Source: Candidatus Doudnabacteria bacterium RIFCSPHIGHO2_01_FULL_46_24
GTDB lineage: Bacteria; Patescibacteriota; Doudnabacteria; UBA920; O2-02-FULL-48-8
Direction of reading: 5' to 3'
Length of the DNA stretch: 64,000 nucleotides
Assembly: GCA_001777575.1 (NCBI GenBank)
Contig: MFEL01000018.1
Location: 72,264-136,263, forward strand
Made by a program: the position numbers and the translations under genes. Positions 61,424 to 64,000 of this stretch are shown piece by piece. The notes under the pieces are model-generated. The model saw nothing but the letters and a program-made list of their open reading frames with translations, was not told where the DNA came from and searched no databases. The stretch's first letter is position 1. Each line of letters begins with the position of its first letter.

Positions 61424-63968
61424 TGATTCGAATGCTGTTTTGGATGACTTCGCCGTTTTGGAGTTTGACCACAGCTGTCAGCGTCTGCCAGCCTTTTTTT
61501 GCACTCTCAACCGTGAAGCTGTAGGGCGGCGAAATTTTGGAGCCAAGATATTCCCCTTCCAAAATCAGATCCAGACCTGCCACACTGCTGCCGCTGATGT
61601 TGACCTGGACATTGAAGGGCGCGATCACTTCCTGGTCATTGACCGGAGTTAAGAAACTAACTTGGTTTGGGAGCAATTCCGGGCTGATACTGCCGTCATC
61701 CTCTTCGGTCGGAGGAAAAGAGTAGCCAGCCGCCTCCGCCCAGGCCCGGACCGGCCCTTCCCAATCGGGATTGTCCGGCATTTCGGAATGAATAACAGTA
61801 TAAATTCTGGTTTCAACAAGCTCTTGAGGAGTTTGCGCATTTGCGCGTTTGCCGTTTTGTTTGTTGATTTTGACCGCTATGTGTACGTCATCGAATTGCT
61901 GCGGCAGAGCGAACTCAGCAAAGACCTCAGTTTTGGTGGACTGGGTGTATTGCGTGGGCAGTTTGCCGGAAATGGCATCCACCACTACGTGCTGAATCCC
62001 GGCCGGCTCGGTGAACTGTTCCGGCGGCGTATCTGTCAAAGCCGCGCGCATGAATTGGTTCCAAATCGGGGCTGCGACGATGACGCCGTCCGCCCCGGCT
62101 CGCATTTCTTCCCCGCGGCTGTTGCCGCGCCACACGCCGGCTACGAGCGAAGGCGTGAACCCGATGGTCCAGCCGTCTTTCCAGGCCTGAGTGGTGCCGG
62201 TTTTGGCAGCCACGACGCGGTCAGGCAAGACCAAGGGGGAACGGGACCCAAAGATGAAACTGCGCGCGTCGTTGTCTGACATGATACTCACAACCTGGTA
62301 GGCGATTTGCGGGTCCAAAACTTCTTCGGCGTTATCCTCGTATTTTTCCAAAACATTTCCCTTGCTGTCCAGTACTTCCAGGATCGGGGTTTTTTCATGA
62401 CGCACGCCTCCGGCGGCAAATACGCCCATGGCCGAGACATGGTCTATAAGCTTGAGTTCGCAGCCGCCCAAAACCAAGGCCAACCCGCAGCGCTCGGCGC
62501 TGATGTTGGAAGTAATCCCCAAATCTTTGGCCAGGCTAATGGCTTTATCCACGCCGGTTAGAGCCAGAGTTTTGACTGCCGGCACGTTTAGCGAACCGGC
62601 CAGCGCTTTGCGCATGGAGAGAATGCCGTGGTTTTGCCCGTCATAATTTTGCGGGATGTATTCATCGTTGCCGTAAGTGCCGAATGAGGTTTTGACATCC
62701 ACCAGCATGGTGGCTGGCGAATAGCCTTCTTTGAACGCGGCCGCGTAAATATACGGCTTGATTGACGAACCAGGCTGGCGGTCGCGCAAGGCGACATTGA
62801 CCTGGCCGTCATGCTCCTCATCAAAGAAATCGCGGGAGCCGACCATAGCCAGAATTTGCCCGGTTTTCGGGTCAATGGCCACCAAGGCGGCGTTGTGTGC
62901 CTTGTTCCGGTTTTCGTCTTTGGCCACCCCTTCGGCAACAGTTTTTTCCGCAATTTCCTGCAGGCGATAATCCAAGGTGGTAATGATTTTTAAGCCGCCT
63001 TCCTCCAAAGTTTTCTCGCCGTATTTTTCAGCCAGCAGATCCTGGACGTAGAGCACAAAGTGTGGAGCGATGATGGCATCTTTGATTTTGCTGAAAGTCA
63101 CTTTTTCGGCTTTGGCTGTATCATGCGCAGTCTGAGTGATGTATCCCTGGTCCAGCATTGCCGCCAGCACGAGATTTTTGCGGTTTTCCAGCCGGTCGCG
63201 GTTGGGACCGGAGGGCGAGTAGAAGGTCGGAGCCTGGGGCAGGGCGGCAAGGTAAGCCGATTCGGCCAGAGTCAGATCGCGGGCGCGCTTGCCAAAATAT
63301 GTTTGGGACGCAGCCTCGATGCCGTAAGCGTTTTGGCCGTAAGGAATTTCATTGAGGTACAATTTGAGGATCTCGTCCTTGGTGAATTTTTGCTGGATTT
63401 CAATGGCCAGGACTATCTCCTTGATTTTGCGCGTAAAAGTTTTTTCGCGCGTGAGTATGGCGTTGCGGACAAACTGCTGCGTGATGGTCGAACCGCCCTG
63501 GCCAGTCAGTTCTCCGCGCGTGATGTTGCGGAATACCGCCCGCAGAATCCCCCGCCAATCAACACCCGGGTTGTTGTAATAATTTTTGTCCTCAATGGCG
63601 ATGGTAGCCTCTTTCGCATAATCGGGAATTTCAGCAAGCTCAATCAATGTTCGTTTAGCCTCCCCGTGAATTTCATAAAGCAGGGTCGTCCCGTCCCGGG
63701 CGTAAATTTTGGTTGATTGGGGGACTATGCGCGCATTAATTTTGTTGGGGTCAGGCAGTGAGAGTGAGACCACAGCGAAAGTCAGGCTGACCAGGATCAA
63801 AAATGCCGCGGCCAAATACAAAGCCAGCTTGAAGATTCTCCTGCGCAATTTTTTTTCCTGTTTCAATCTTAACCATAGGCCTCGTGGCAGGCTCCAGACC
63901 GATTTCAAAACCTTTTTGAAAGAAGGCGAGCGATGGTTGCGGTTCCAATTGGAGTGATAATGTTGCAT
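61398..63968 (-). CDS. Class A penicillin-binding protein (PBP1A family)
   Basis: EDKN, GGSTITQQ and RKIKE (transglycosylase); QPGSSIKP, SLN and KTGT (transpeptidase); C-terminal Ig-like domain. Confidence 0.95.
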   Translation of the reverse strand: MQHYHSNWNRNHRSPSFKKVLKSVWSLPRGLWLRLKQEKKLRRRIFKLALYLAAAFLILVSLTFAVVSLSLPDPNKINARIVPQSTKIYARDGTTLLYEIHGEAKRTLIELAEIPDYAKEATIAIEDKNYYNNPGVDWRGILRAVFRNITRGELTGQGGSTITQQFVRNAILTREKTFTRKIKEIVLAIEIQQKFTKDEILKLYLNEIPYGQNAYGIEAASQTYFGKRARDLTLAESAYLAALPQAPTFYSPSGPNRDRLENRKNLVLAAMLDQGYITQTAHDTAKAEKVTFSKIKDAIIAPHFVLYVQDLLAEKYGEKTLEEGGLKIITTLDYRLQEIAEKTVAEGVAKDENRNKAHNAALVAIDPKTGQILAMVGSRDFFDEEHDGQVNVALRDRQPGSSIKPYIYAAAFKEGYSPATMLVDVKTSFGTYGNDEYIPQNYDGQNHGILSMRKALAGSLNVPAVKTLALTGVDKAISLAKDLGITSNISAERCGLALVLGGCELKLIDHVSAMGVFAAGGVRHEKTPILEVLDSKGNVLEKYEDNAEEVLDPQIAYQVVSIMSDNDARSFIFGSRSPLVLPDRVVAAKTGTTQAWKDGWTIGFTPSLVAGVWRGNSRGEEMRAGADGVIVAAPIWNQFMRAALTDTPPEQFTEPAGIQHVVVDAISGKLPTQYTQSTKTEVFAEFALPQQFDDVHIAVKINKQNGKRANAQTPQELVETRIYTVIHSEMPDNPDWEGPVRAWAEAAGYSFPPTEEDDGSISPELLPNQVSFLTPVNDQEVIAPFNVQVNISGSSVAGLDLILEGEYLGSKISPPYSFTVESAKKGWQTLTAVVKLQNGEVIQNSIRINVTANANQ

Positions 63969-64000
63969 ATATGCTTGGTTATTGTATCAAAAAGTTGCTA

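Overview
Chromosomal window from a small-genome bacterium, most likely Patescibacteria/CPR. This is inferred from the compact valS, polA and tsaB, the DUF5667-, Gmad2- and VanW-type accessory genes and the many orphan ORFs. It holds core genes (folD, tsaD, valS, rpoB/rpoC, murE, ruvA/ruvB, uvrB, polA, recF-dnaN-dnaA-rpmH-rnpA-yidD-yidC-jag, a class A PBP) and a tRNA-Glu. The main finding is a complete diversity-generating retroelement (DGR) at about 43.9-46.8 kb, with a reverse transcriptase, an Avd-like gene, a 117-bp template repeat (TR) and a matching variable repeat (VR) at the 3' end of a 313-aa orphan target gene. TR and VR differ at 19 positions, 18 of them TR adenines. Its layout is unusual: avd is inverted, overlaps the RT start head-to-head and sits between TR and RT, and the RT gene contains an in-frame (GA)8 tract. 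Other signals are two 120-bp inverted-repeat MITE copies that each supply a start-codon base, many palindromic and short tandem insertions translated in frame inside housekeeping genes, an orphan PemK toxin facing a predicted small RNA, a HigBA-like cassette bounded by a duplicated gene end, a GC-rich island with an SLT + DUF5715-like wall hydrolase, and a candidate rod-shaped ncRNA. All calls were made by eye; no database searches were run.
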